Part shown: one piece after another, positions 39,247 to 48,417 of the stretch | Layout: the number at the start of each line of letters is the position of its first letter | Numbering within the stretch: the first letter of the stretch is position 1 | IMG/VR virus record: IMGVR_UViG_3300035660_000003 | Span: 22,261-86,260 of that record | Source of the DNA: a virus | Taxonomy: Duplodnaviria > Heunggongvirae > Uroviricota > Caudoviricetes | DNA: 64,000 nucleotides | Strand: one strand, 5' to 3' | The notes under the pieces: generated by a model | What the model saw: the letters and a program-made list of their open reading frames with translations, nothing else | Databases searched by the model: none | What the model was told of the DNA's origin: nothing | Program-made: the position numbers and the translations under genes

Positions 39247-39456
39247 TTATTTCTTCAGATAGAAAGTCCAAGCCATTGTTGTCAACGGGAATGTGAATTT
39301 AAGACTATCTATGCCATTGTTCATCATTTGAGTGTTGCCTGTATATGCACCCACAGCCGATAGAACAACTGTCAAGATTGTTATCCCTGAAGATATTAAA
39401 GCCAAGATGAACGGCTTGTCTTTTTCTGAAACTACTTTTTCTGTCATTATTTTCAC
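39247..39456 (-). CDS. small TM protein
   Basis: 69 aa hydrophobic; promoter 39480-39498. Confidence 0.5.
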   Translation of the reverse strand: MKIMTEKVVSEKDKPFILALISSGITILTVVLSAVGAYTGNTQMMNNGIDSLKFTFPLTTMAWTFYLKK

Positions 39457-39479
39457 CTATGAAAAGGTGGGAGAAGAAG

Positions 39480-39498
39480 TATTTAAACCTTGCGGTTC
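39480..39498 (-). promoter_or_regulatory. consensus BRE/TATA promoter
   Basis: tatttaaaccttgcggttc. Confidence 0.55.
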
Positions 39499-40247
39499 AG
39501 ATAAAAAAATCTGCCCTTTCTGTGCAAAAGCCACGCAAAAAAGTTTCCTATCTTAACTAAACCATTTCCTATTTTACATGGGGATGGAGACGGATTAGGT
39601 TGGGGCGGAATTTCTCCGTTTGGAATTATTTGATACATGCTGAAATCTATTTCACTATCACCATATTTAATCCAAGCATAACCAGATTCCCCCCAATCAA
39701 TTCCCCAACTATTAGCTATAAGCCATGCTCCAAGTTCATCATCATAGTCAATAATGGATATACAATGTCCGCCTAAAATTGGGTCGGCGAGTCCTAGACT
39801 ATGATAAACGCCAGACTTATAATTTACGAATGATTGATGAACCATCATTGTACCCACCAAAGGCATAATTTTAAGTATAGATTTCATTTCGTCAACATTA
39901 GTTATTTCTTTCCAAGATTTAAGTTTCTTACCGTTTACCCACCAATTTTCACATCGCCCTTCACCACAACTATGGTCTATTCCATCATACGGACAACATT
40001 CTTCAATGCAAGTTCCAGTATCTCTAGCAAAATTCAAAACAGTATTCATATCATTGCCAGATGAACATGTTCCACCAGCACAAAAGAAGAAATCACGTTC
40101 GCTTAAATCAATTAAACTATCTGGATTATTTTCAATAATCCGTATGCAACCTTCCCAAGTTTTAATAGTTCCAAAGCCCGTGCAAGAACCACAACTACCT
40201 TGGTCACGAATAAGACCCATCCATTTTTTGCGGTCATGACTCGCCAT
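39483..40247 (-). CDS. papain-like cysteine protease (C1 family)
   Basis: QGSCGSC catalytic Cys; GGHCISIIDY...NSWG..WGE.GY His/Asn region. Confidence 0.7.
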   Translation of the reverse strand: MASHDRKKWMGLIRDQGSCGSCTGFGTIKTWEGCIRIIENNPDSLIDLSERDFFFCAGGTCSSGNDMNTVLNFARDTGTCIEECCPYDGIDHSCGEGRCENWWVNGKKLKSWKEITNVDEMKSILKIMPLVGTMMVHQSFVNYKSGVYHSLGLADPILGGHCISIIDYDDELGAWLIANSWGIDWGESGYAWIKYGDSEIDFSMYQIIPNGEIPPQPNPSPSPCKIGNGLVKIGNFFAWLLHRKGRFFYLNRKV

Positions 40248-40566
40248 TTTTCTTTACGCCGCTAGCTATTCTTTTTTGTTCTTTTGGTTTTAAATGACTT
40301 GGTGCAGTATCTCCCAATTCATAATCATCAGATGAGAGTTCAACAACATCTACTGGAACACCCTCAATCATATCTGGTAATCGTTCTTCTTTTTTTAATT
40401 CGCCAAGTTTCTTCTTTTTAGATACGTAAGCAACTATAGCACGTCTTCCAGTCTTGATACCGTTTGTTATTTCATCACCAATATTTGCATTTAGAGCAAC
40501 CTTTCTGATGCGTTCAAAGTGCTTATCTAATATTTTATGCAGATGTTCGTCCATATCATTCACCAT
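40234..40566 (-). CDS. hypothetical protein
   Basis: 110-aa ORF, overlaps neighbours. Confidence 0.5.
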   Translation of the reverse strand: MVNDMDEHLHKILDKHFERIRKVALNANIGDEITNGIKTGRRAIVAYVSKKKKLGELKKEERLPDMIEGVPVDVVELSSDDYELGDTAPSHLKPKEQKRIASGVKKNGES

Positions 40567-40976
40567 TGTCCACGATTTTCTCTTATGAATTTTTTCAATG
40601 TTTGAACTTTCTTTCTGAGATTATAAACTCCGAGCACCGTAGGAAACCAACTTAAAATGTTCATCATCATTAATGCGTCATACCAGAATCCAACCGTAAA
40701 CTTGTCTGGTGGAAATATTTCAGCATTAATTGTAAACCAGTTACTAGATGCCCATGAATTAAACCCACAATTGATTAAACATTGATAAAATTCTATATTG
40801 TTTTGTGCTGAACCCCACATTTTATTAATAAACATAATATCAAGTTGCCATACTGAAAAAGCCATCATCATCAATCCTATGCCTATCAAAACTAACGGCA
40901 TCTCTTCTTTAATTATATTTTTTAATCTGTTCCATAAGTTCTCAAGCATAATCTCACGAGAGTTAATAGAAAACAA
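40560..40976 (-). CDS. membrane protein
   Basis: 138 aa, TM segments; promoter 40981-40999. Confidence 0.55.
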   Translation of the reverse strand: MFSINSREIMLENLWNRLKNIIKEEMPLVLIGIGLMMMAFSVWQLDIMFINKMWGSAQNNIEFYQCLINCGFNSWASSNWFTINAEIFPPDKFTVGFWYDALMMMNILSWFPTVLGVYNLRKKVQTLKKFIRENRGQW

Positions 40977-40980
40977 ACAA

Positions 40981-40999
40981 CTATTTAAACTTTATGATT
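40981..40999 (-). promoter_or_regulatory. TATA element
   Basis: ctatttaaactttatgatt. Confidence 0.4.
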
Positions 41000-41441
41000 T
41001 ATCGTAACACCATTCATAATGTTCTATTATTTGAGGGCGTTTCTTCTTAATGTCTGCATAAACCACATCAATATAAGATTTATTTTTGTTACTTAACCAT
41101 AATGCTACAACACATGGCGAACGGTCTATTCCACCTGTGCAATGAACTAATATTCGTTTATATTTTTTGGTCAACAATTTCAACATGTAAGTGGCTGTTT
41201 TTACTTGAATTTTTACATTACTTTGGTCTCCCGTTTCAGACCAATATAAATCGTTGATTGGTGCTCTGAAGAAATAAATGCCAAGATTTTTACAAACCCG
41301 TTCTTCAAATGAACTATCATCTTCTAATTCTCCCCCTCTGAGAGATAAAATACAATCTATCTTTTCTCGTTTTAAAAGTCTATTATTAATAGCGTCAGAA
41401 TATTCACCTATTGCCACATTACCAGTTATCCAAGTAATCAT
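40992..41441 (-). CDS. dual-specificity/tyrosine protein phosphatase (CX5R)
   Basis: VHCTGGIDRS. Confidence 0.75.
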   Translation of the reverse strand: MITWITGNVAIGEYSDAINNRLLKREKIDCILSLRGGELEDDSSFEERVCKNLGIYFFRAPINDLYWSETGDQSNVKIQVKTATYMLKLLTKKYKRILVHCTGGIDRSPCVVALWLSNKNKSYIDVVYADIKKKRPQIIEHYEWCYDKS

Positions 41442-41453
41442 CTTTTTCGTCTC

Positions 41454-41723
41454 CTAATTTCCTAGTCGAACCTTCAGTTTTATGGTTTTCAGAAAGTTTA
41501 TAATTTCGGTTTGACAGGATTCGCTGAAAATTCTTTTCTCGGAGAAGAAACAATATTGTCGCCATTGTGGAAACCATTTTATTTGACCGAGAACTGTTCC
41601 ACGACGTTTGTTTCGTATCGTCCATACCAGAGTTTTTGGTTTTATTTCTGTAACTTCGGCTTCCACATATTTCCCTAAATCAGTCTTGTAACCTTTTATA
41701 CTCATACTGTATATTCTCTCCAT
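41454..41723 (-). CDS. hypothetical protein
   Basis: 89-aa ORF. Confidence 0.45.
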   Translation of the reverse strand: MERIYSMSIKGYKTDLGKYVEAEVTEIKPKTLVWTIRNKRRGTVLGQIKWFPQWRQYCFFSEKRIFSESCQTEIINFLKTIKLKVRLGN

Positions 41724-41838
41724 CCCTTACTTATTGGCACACTCAGAATCTTTTCGAGTGCCTCTGCCATATTAGCTTTGTCTTCCCGCAATAGTAATAT
41801 TAGGTATTCATTGACTATATACCAATTGTATTTCTCGT

Positions 41839-42150
41839 TCATACCAATTTCACCTTAACGTTTGGAAGTCGTAATTTTTCTGATTTATGAATGTAAATAA
41901 TGTCTCCGATTTTGACCGCTCCACCCCAATCACCCCAAAGTTCACCCCTCTCAACATCTAATCCAACACCAATTAAATCCAGAAGGATTTCATCTATTAG
42001 GATTTCTATATCCTCTTTATCATAATGAAGAATCACTCTTAATCCCAACCTTGAATCATTTGGTTTAATGGCGATTCCTTTTGGCTTCGGAAGTTTCTTG
42101 AGATAATCATACCATGAACCCATCTTTACCACAACAAAGTTAATATGCAA
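41839..42150 (-). CDS. KVKV-tail-like protein (NVKVKLV)
   Basis: 103 aa; promoter 42153-42169. Confidence 0.55.
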   Translation of the reverse strand: MHINFVVVKMGSWYDYLKKLPKPKGIAIKPNDSRLGLRVILHYDKEDIEILIDEILLDLIGVGLDVERGELWGDWGGAVKIGDIIYIHKSEKLRLPNVKVKLV

Positions 42151-42152
42151 AG

Positions 42153-42169
42153 TATCTTATAAACCTTTC
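42153..42169 (-). promoter_or_regulatory. TATA element
   Basis: tatcttataaacctttc. Confidence 0.45.
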
Positions 42170-42259
42170 TTCTTTAGATATTCTAACATTTCCTTCCTTT
42201 CCTCTGCATTCCATTTATCAGCAATGTGCAACCAATATATTTTATGTGGTTTACACTTC

Positions 42260-42484
42260 TTACACATCTTTATCCCTTCTTTCGTTGATATGCCACGTTG
42301 AACAGTCAAGTAATTTTTTGCCATCAGGACTATAAACTTCAATGTCAGCCGCAAAGTGACTGTGCCAGTTTCCTTCTTCATCTTGATGCCAACCACGACC
42401 ACAAACCGAGCAAGTGTGAGTCCAATCAAAACGTGGTTCTTTTAAGGGAATTAATTCCCCTCTTCTACAATGTGGACACTTCAT
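42260..42484 (-). CDS. Zn-ribbon protein
   Basis: CPHC...CSVC. Confidence 0.55.
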   Translation of the reverse strand: MKCPHCRRGELIPLKEPRFDWTHTCSVCGRGWHQDEEGNWHSHFAADIEVYSPDGKKLLDCSTWHINERRDKDV

Positions 42485-42653
42485 TTCTTTTTCCTCTTAG
42501 ATTTCTTTATTGCAATCATTCCTAGAATAATCTTTAGCCAAACGCCTAGAAAGACGGTTAATATGACTCCCCAAATGCCAAATCGCCAAACTAAAAATGC
42601 GACTAAAATAATTGCTAAGAACAAACCCAAAATTTGATTGGTTCGTTCCCCCA

Positions 42654-42881
42654 TTAATCTTCATCCTCGTCTTTAAAATTTTTCGGCATTTTCTTAGTTG
42701 ACTTCCATGCACGCTTTTCATAAGCAGGACGGGGTTTAAAATCTCTGGATTTAGGTATCGGATAATGTCTTTGTTTGAGTTCCCGATATGGGTCTATATC
42801 GGTTGACCTCACTGGTTTGCGAGATTCTTCTTTCTGACCTCTAATCTTTCTTATCAGTTGTCTTATCAGTTTCAATATCAT
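42654..42881 (-). CDS. basic hypothetical protein
   Basis: ATGA overlap with a 57-aa TM ORF at 42481-42654 that is absent from the ORF track. Confidence 0.5.
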   Translation of the reverse strand: MILKLIRQLIRKIRGQKEESRKPVRSTDIDPYRELKQRHYPIPKSRDFKPRPAYEKRAWKSTKKMPKNFKDEDED

Positions 42882-43416
42882 TTTTCTTTTCCTTCTTTAA
42901 TAGTTCTTCAGTCGTTTGTTTGAATAATCTCGCCTTAACTTCGGCTTCACGTTCTTCCTTCATTCTTTTTTCTTCTTTGGCTCGATATTCCTCTTGAACT
43001 TTTCTCTGGATTTCATATTTTATGATGTCTCTTTCGGGATATTTATCTGCTGGAATTTCAGCAACGTGACCGCCTCGTTGCTTATTTTTTTGCATGTTCT
43101 CCATGATACTAGCCATGTTCTGGCATCGCTGACAGAACCGCTTCTCTGGCACATCAACTTTATCTATATCTGCATTTTCTTCTTTCCATTTGTTAATTGT
43201 TTCGAATTTACTCGATGAACCCCTAATTTGAGTAATTACTTTTGGGTCGCCTTTATTCCAAGTTGTTTTGCATTTCGGGCAGAAGTAACCATTTCCAACT
43301 GGTTTCAACGTGCCTTTGCAGTCACCACATTGGTGCTCTTTCAAAACATAGACACGTTTAAGAGATGTCCAATATTCCTGTCGGCAGTTATCGCATTTAC
43401 GTTTAATTTTTGCCAT
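42841..43416 (-). CDS. Zn-ribbon protein with K/E-rich C-terminal region
   Basis: 191 aa, CxxC pairs. Confidence 0.6.
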   Translation of the reverse strand: MAKIKRKCDNCRQEYWTSLKRVYVLKEHQCGDCKGTLKPVGNGYFCPKCKTTWNKGDPKVITQIRGSSSKFETINKWKEENADIDKVDVPEKRFCQRCQNMASIMENMQKNKQRGGHVAEIPADKYPERDIIKYEIQRKVQEEYRAKEEKRMKEEREAEVKARLFKQTTEELLKKEKKNDIETDKTTDKKD

Positions 43417-43418
43417 CT

Positions 43419-43697
43419 TTACACCACAATAATTATTTTCTTTTTATATTTGTGTTTCCAATACAATTGGCATGTATAGAAAAATAGACTTGTTATACAC
43501 AACCATGGAGCGATAAGTGCCCCGACAGAATAGTTTCCGATTGCAAAGAAGATTGTGCCTATGAAAAGTCCAAAGAGGTAATTACTTGACAAACCAACTA
43601 GATTCTTGCGGTTTCGAAACGCTGTTATTACTTGCGGAAAATTGGCTACGAAAAAGATTACGTTTCCGATGTCTATCAAGATTGTAAATGGTATCAT
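43419..43697 (-). CDS. membrane protein
   Basis: 92 aa hydrophobic; promoter 43730-43753. Confidence 0.55.
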   Translation of the reverse strand: MIPFTILIDIGNVIFFVANFPQVITAFRNRKNLVGLSSNYLFGLFIGTIFFAIGNYSVGALIAPWLCITSLFFYTCQLYWKHKYKKKIIIVV

Positions 43698-43729
43698 ATT
43701 TGTATCACTACATTTATAGTTTCTAAAGG

Positions 43730-43753
43730 CTCTTAATAAACTTTGCGGTTTAT
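43730..43753 (-). promoter_or_regulatory. BRE/TATA promoter
   Basis: cttaataaactttgcggtttatac. Confidence 0.5.
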
Positions 43754-44421
43754 ACTATTTTATTGCCGTCCCATTCGTCACGCCATTCACGGAGAAAGTG
43801 TTGCATATTTGGTTTTATGAACATGAGAACCCCATGAACATACGATATGGTTTTGGCTTCCCGTTTTAATGTAGTCATTAAGTTGATTTTATCTTGAGGA
43901 TTCCAGAATGGTTTTTCAGATTGTCCTAAAGTTCGAAGTAAAAGATTCTCCGCCAGCAATCTAGGCATACAAATTTCGCCGTTTTGAATAAATGTGTCCA
44001 TCATAGCGGTAATCATTTCTTCTTTTTCTTGTATTGAAAGAAGACTGCCCATTATTCCTTTGCCTTTCATCGAAAGAACGTCAGACTTGGGAGTTTCCAA
44101 TATTAATTTGACACGTTCTTTATATTTCTTCCACCACATCCTAACAAAAGTAACTATTGCTGTAACCATATCATCAATCGAACCTTCAACTATAATCTCC
44201 TTGATACTATCCTTCAATACTCCAGAAACTATATCATTTTCGTCAGGTTTATCAGAAGCAATTTGTAAAGTATTACATGTGAGCCATCTATAATATTCTA
44301 TGTAATCCTTATAACACAATTGGAGAAGCATTTCATCAGAACCGCCGAGATTCAGACTTGGTTCTATTTTTGTTAATTCGTCGGCGATTATCATCGTTGC
44401 AAAATCTCTGGCATTAGACAT
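43750..44421 (-). CDS. hypothetical protein
   Basis: 223-aa ORF. Confidence 0.6.
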   Translation of the reverse strand: MSNARDFATMIIADELTKIEPSLNLGGSDEMLLQLCYKDYIEYYRWLTCNTLQIASDKPDENDIVSGVLKDSIKEIIVEGSIDDMVTAIVTFVRMWWKKYKERVKLILETPKSDVLSMKGKGIMGSLLSIQEKEEMITAMMDTFIQNGEICMPRLLAENLLLRTLGQSEKPFWNPQDKINLMTTLKREAKTISYVHGVLMFIKPNMQHFLREWRDEWDGNKIV

Positions 44422-44817
44422 TTACACTTTCCACCCTCGACATGGTTGCATTTCGTGAACATCCGCATAAGCCTTTCTTATTCGTTCCTGTCGTTCATGT
44501 TCCATTTGATTTGCGTGAGCCAATTCTGTTTTTCCTTTATCGGTTAGTCTCCAATGCTCAGTTGGAAATTCAAGATTAGGATTCGGCTTTTCGATTAAAC
44601 CTAAATCATAGAGTTTCCAGCAAGTTCGAGCATTTAGAGATTTTGTTTCTCCGCCACATCCAAGTTCTCCTTTTTGCATCCACCATTGACGTTCGCCACT
44701 AAAAGAACTGCTTGTCCGTCCTAATTCCCATCCTTCATTCATTAATCTTAAAACTTCCAATTGAGTTTTACTGAGTTTCATATTTATCCGCCGCCTCAAT
44801 TCTTGTGATATGACCAA
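44422..44817 (-). CDS. hypothetical protein
   Basis: 131-aa ORF. Confidence 0.55.
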   Translation of the reverse strand: MVISQELRRRINMKLSKTQLEVLRLMNEGWELGRTSSSFSGERQWWMQKGELGCGGETKSLNARTCWKLYDLGLIEKPNPNLEFPTEHWRLTDKGKTELAHANQMEHERQERIRKAYADVHEMQPCRGWKV

Positions 44818-45010
44818 ATTTTAGTTTGGCTTTCGTCCATATCTCCGCTAGGTCAAACCCTTCCTCAATATAGGAGTGATGTTCGCCCGTAACGTCTGAG
44901 CAAAAAAGGAAATATCCAAGTTTATCCGACAATGGACATCTTCCAGCCTGCTTATCCATTGGATTATGATGTGGATTCCGAGCAAGTTTAACGGTTACTA
45001 TGGCTTTCAT
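44768..45010 (-). CDS. hypothetical protein
   Basis: 80-aa ORF; promoter 45035-45057. Confidence 0.45.
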   Translation of the reverse strand: MKAIVTVKLARNPHHNPMDKQAGRCPLSDKLGYFLFCSDVTGEHHSYIEEGFDLAEIWTKAKLKFGHITRIEAADKYETQ

Positions 45011-45034
45011 TTCATCTCACTAAAAATAGTAGTA

Positions 45035-45057
45035 TCGCCGTCTTATATAAAGTTTTG
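45035..45057 (-). promoter_or_regulatory. BRE/TATA promoter
   Basis: cgccgtcttatataaagttttgc. Confidence 0.45.
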
Positions 45058-45064
45058 CTTTTGT

Positions 45065-45080
45065 TTAATCAACTGATTAA
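45065..45080. repeat. palindrome variant TTAATCAACTGATTAA
   Basis: downstream of LAGLIDADG gene. Confidence 0.9.
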
Positions 45081-45183
45081 TCTTTCGATTTTTAATGAAT
45101 TTGTCCCCCCAAGCACCCCCCTACCTATTTGGTGGTGTGAAATGCGTCCTATATAAAGTTTGGGGTTTTCGAACTGGTCGCCG

Positions 45184-45639
45184 TTAATTCTCATGAAGTT
45201 TATGATGAACTGAACCAATGCTGATATTTAGCAGTATTGCTATTTCTCTTATTGAAAAATGTTTATGATAATTCTTTACTATTTTCGCTGGAATCTGCTT
45301 CAAATCGGCATTTTTATATTGAAACTCTTCAATAATCTTTAATCCCTTCTCGCATTCTGCCTTTTTGATAATTAAATATGGGATGATTCTTTTTAGAAAA
45401 TCTTTAGCTTCTTGTCTATGACCAATTCTAAAACAATAACATCTTGACCAATTAATTCTATTTTTCGGAAGACTTCGTTCTTTTACTTTTCCGTAACCCA
45501 AAGTTCTTTGAATAATCTCTAATACTTCTTTGTTAGTATTGGTAATCGTGATACAGATTTTAGGATATTTCTTCAATACAATATATGGATTTCCCTCACC
45601 GTCAAATAGTCCTGCAATATATTCGATAGATACGTTCAT
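45184..45639 (-). CDS. LAGLIDADG homing endonuclease (single-motif, homodimer type)
   Basis: IAGLFDGEGN; C-terminal HTH; bracketed by palindromes 45065 and 45746. Confidence 0.75.
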   Translation of the reverse strand: MNVSIEYIAGLFDGEGNPYIVLKKYPKICITITNTNKEVLEIIQRTLGYGKVKERSLPKNRINWSRCYCFRIGHRQEAKDFLKRIIPYLIIKKAECEKGLKIIEEFQYKNADLKQIPAKIVKNYHKHFSIREIAILLNISIGSVHHKLHEN

Positions 45640-45745
45640 TAAATTATCCCTATATTAATATATAATGAACAACGAGTATATAAACTTTATGGGAGAAGTA
45701 AATTTCCTAAACATTCAGTCGTTCAGTTTTCCGAACGGAAGTGAT

Positions 45746-45761
45746 TAATCAATTGATTAAT
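45746..45761. repeat. 16-bp palindrome TTAATCAATTGATTAA
   Basis: exact; upstream of LAGLIDADG gene. Confidence 0.95.
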
Positions 45762-46033
45762 CTTTTTGATTTTGCTAGACTGACCATCATAGTCTGGGCA
45801 CATAAAAAAACCACTAACCATAAATACTCCATCTTCCCGCATCGTATCGCAGGGGCAGGGATTAACTCGGACTACCTGTTTCTTCTCGGTTAAACTTTAA
45901 CTCATTAACTCATATTTATAATATCACTCAAGTCCATACCGAGTAGTTTGGACGTTTATATACTCATATATTATATACTACACATTACCGACGACTTAGA
46001 CTTGCCGTCGGCATCATAGAATGAGTTAAACAA

Positions 46034-46050
46034 GTATTTAAAGTTTTTGG
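46034..46050 (-). promoter_or_regulatory. consensus TATA element upstream of ~240-nt ORF-poor stretch ending at a palindrome
   Basis: gtatttaaagtttttgg. Confidence 0.4.
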
Positions 46051-46108
46051 TTTCGGTTGAACGCAGTTTTTTGAACATCGTTTATTCTAATGCTTAAACA
46101 CAAAAAAA

Positions 46109-46124
46109 TTCATCAGTTGATTAA
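46109..46124. repeat. degenerate copy TTCATCAGTTGATTAA
   Basis: one mismatch in left arm. Confidence 0.7.
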
Positions 46125-46336
46125 TCTCTTTTATTTTTCTCTTTATCTTCAATCTCTTTTATTTGTCGTTCTAAGTCTTCTTCCATACGTTGTTGAACTT
46201 TAGATTTCTTACGTTTTATTGGATATGGATATTCAGGAAAATGTTCTTCTCTCCATATTTTGCCACGTTGTCCTTTCGGTTTTTTAGAGTGAACCCTAAC
46301 AACTATCCTTACTATTTTATGCTTTGTAGATGGCAA
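46121..46336 (-). CDS. basic K/E-rich small protein
   Basis: 71-aa ORF. Confidence 0.45.
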   Translation of the reverse strand: MPSTKHKIVRIVVRVHSKKPKGQRGKIWREEHFPEYPYPIKRKKSKVQQRMEEDLERQIKEIEDKEKNKRD

Positions 46337-46348
46337 ACTTTATCACAT

Positions 46349-46680
46349 TTAAAGAGACTTCTTGTGGACTTGTATGATAAATTTTATATTTAGTTCTGAT
46401 TCTGGTTCGCCGATATAGTAGCCTTGGTCTGCTGTGGCTATTCCAGAAGCGTCAGTTACTTGTCTCGTTCCAAGCGTTGAAACTTGAAGCGAATCTTCAA
46501 CTAAGAAATCAACTGATGCACCAACAAGTGGAGTTCCCGCTTCTTTCTCTACTGTAACTTTTGTATTACCTCGTCCCCAACCTCAACGGATGCTGGAATA
46601 TCAGAAACCGTTATTATCGGGTCAAAAAGTTTGCCTACCGTTCTAGTTTCGATTTCAGTTTTTCTTTTTGTTGCTGGCAT
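46349..46680 (-). pseudogene. two-frame ORF (43 aa + ~70 aa), possible frameshifted gene
   Basis: ATG at 46680 after promoter 46714-46731; frame changes by -1 near GGGGACGAGG; second part has no start codon. Confidence 0.3.
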
Positions 46681-46713
46681 ATATTATTCCTCTATAACAA
46701 TCTACTAGAAACA

Positions 46714-46731
46714 AATATTTAAATGTTATGG
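46714..46731 (-). promoter_or_regulatory. TATA element
   Basis: aatatttaaatgttatgg, 35 nt before ATG 46680. Confidence 0.45.
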
Positions 46732-46794
46732 TAGATATGTTCTACACAAATACACTTGCGTTTAATCCCAACATTAAACATTCATAAAAAAAGA

Positions 46795-46810
46795 TTCATC
46801 AGTTGATTAA
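46795..46810. repeat. degenerate copy TTCATCAGTTGATTAA
   Basis: one mismatch in left arm. Confidence 0.7.
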
Positions 46811-47358
46811 ACGTTTTTTTCCCAAAATAAATCTTGAATGCCATCTTTTTTCCATTTTAAATATGCTCTAAAAATTTCATTGATTGTTATTGGAAATCCA
46901 CGCCAAACGTCAACTCCAACATTACAAATATCCCATGCAAGTTTTTCAAAATGCATAGTTCGAAATTTCCAATGTTGATGAATATGCCCCACTAAACAGA
47001 GATAGTAACCATAACAACTTTCTTCTGGTTTATGAATCAAGAGAAGTTCTTTTCCACCTAAGTGAATTCTTATATCCCCAATGCAGGTCTTTATGCCATT
47101 ATTAGAGTCGTGATTTCCCCTCAGGAAAATAATATTTCCATTCAATTGTTGTCTATAATATTCCGCATCTTTCTGTTTCACTTGTTTAAAACAAAAGTCT
47201 CCTAAGTGAAAAACAATATCCTCTGGTTTAATTCTTGAATTCCAATTCTGTATCAAGAAATAGTCGTGTTCGCCAATACTCTTGAATGGTCGATTACAAT
47301 ATTTTATAATATTCTCATGCGAAAAGTGTGTGTCAGCCGTAAACCAATATTGAGTCAT
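46807..47358 (-). CDS. calcineurin-like metallophosphoesterase
   Basis: ADTHF, HLGDF, GNHDS, GHIH. Confidence 0.75.
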   Translation of the reverse strand: MTQYWFTADTHFSHENIIKYCNRPFKSIGEHDYFLIQNWNSRIKPEDIVFHLGDFCFKQVKQKDAEYYRQQLNGNIIFLRGNHDSNNGIKTCIGDIRIHLGGKELLLIHKPEESCYGYYLCLVGHIHQHWKFRTMHFEKLAWDICNVGVDVWRGFPITINEIFRAYLKWKKDGIQDLFWEKNV

Positions 47359-48154
47359 TAGTTTTCCCTCTAAATTTTATTGCGAAAATATGCTTCGGCT
47401 CTTTCTTGACCCAACGACGGTCCCACCATCTTTTTCCACGTCTCGTAGTCCCGAAGCCTTTTGTCATTCCTATATATTTCCAATTGTCAGCATAATAAAT
47501 ACTACCCATGCGGGGGGGTTCAACAAAAGTGATTAATCCCCGAAGTTTGCCACCATATTTCTCTTCATAGTCTCTTTGGATTGCGATTCGAAATGATTTC
47601 AATGTCATAGTCGCTAAATTCTTGTCTGGCACAACAATTCGAAAGACCTCATTATTCATGATTTCAAGAAGTTTATCCGACCTATTTTCCTTGTTTATAT
47701 TAAAGTAATTATCAATTGGTTTTACGGAATATGGTGCAGAGTTTCCGCCGATGATTCCTACGATTTTGCCCTTCCAGATGACTATATAATTGATTGACCG
47801 TCCGACTATGCCTTTGCTGTTTGGATAATGAGTGAGATAAAGCGTGGCGAAGATTTTGTTGCCTTTTGGCACTTGAAGGAGACAGGGATATTTATAGGAT
47901 TGCGGAATCATATAGGTTTGAGCTAGGGCTGATTTTAACTCGTCCTCGGTTTTGAATGCAACCATGCCTGAGTTTCCTATTCCACTTTGCTCGGCGATTT
48001 CATCTGGATTCTTGCCTAACCGTTTAATGAAGCATTCCTTGCAGTAGTATTTTCCCCAGACACCATACTTGCCTTTCGCACCGCATTCACAAGTTTTAGT
48101 TCGTCTGGCAATAGAGCCGAAATGTTTTCCCTTCTGAGCATATTCATCAGTCAT
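47333..48154 (-). CDS. hypothetical protein with N-terminal CxxC
   Basis: 273-aa ORF. Confidence 0.6.
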   Translation of the reverse strand: MTDEYAQKGKHFGSIARRTKTCECGAKGKYGVWGKYYCKECFIKRLGKNPDEIAEQSGIGNSGMVAFKTEDELKSALAQTYMIPQSYKYPCLLQVPKGNKIFATLYLTHYPNSKGIVGRSINYIVIWKGKIVGIIGGNSAPYSVKPIDNYFNINKENRSDKLLEIMNNEVFRIVVPDKNLATMTLKSFRIAIQRDYEEKYGGKLRGLITFVEPPRMGSIYYADNWKYIGMTKGFGTTRRGKRWWDRRWVKKEPKHIFAIKFRGKTNDSILVYG

Positions 48155-48417
48155 ATGAGTATCACCTTTACTTTCTTTTGTTTCAAAAACTTTTCAAACA
48201 CGGGAGTTTCGCTATAAATTCCCTTCAGACTTCCCCTTGGAAATCGTTTCGCCTTCAATTCAATCCATTCATCAAAACATTTTTTGCATAAAGCAATTGC
48301 AGTAAGTTTATTTCGCATTATTAGAACTCTATATTTTCCATGATTTTCGTTACATCTCTCACATAAACTTTTAGGCACTTTATATGTATAAACTGCTGAC
48401 TTTAACATCGGTTTCAT
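48151..48417 (-). CDS. KVKV-tail family Zn-ribbon protein (KVKVILI)
   Basis: junction AAGAAAGTAAAGGTGATACTCATATGA. Confidence 0.65.
   Translation of the reverse strand: MKPMLKSAVYTYKVPKSLCERCNENHGKYRVLIMRNKLTAIALCKKCFDEWIELKAKRFPRGSLKGIYSETPVFEKFLKQKKVKVILI

Noticed and set aside
42497-42721. ORF 42497-42721 from the track
   Set aside because: In this interval a different frame encodes a 57-aa TM protein (42481-42654) whose ATGA overlaps link it to both neighbours; the tracked ORF is likely spurious.
45065-45761. The palindrome as the homing site of the LAGLIDADG or HNH enzymes
   Set aside because: A homing endonuclease gene inserts into and disrupts its site; here complete, identical palindromes flank the genes.
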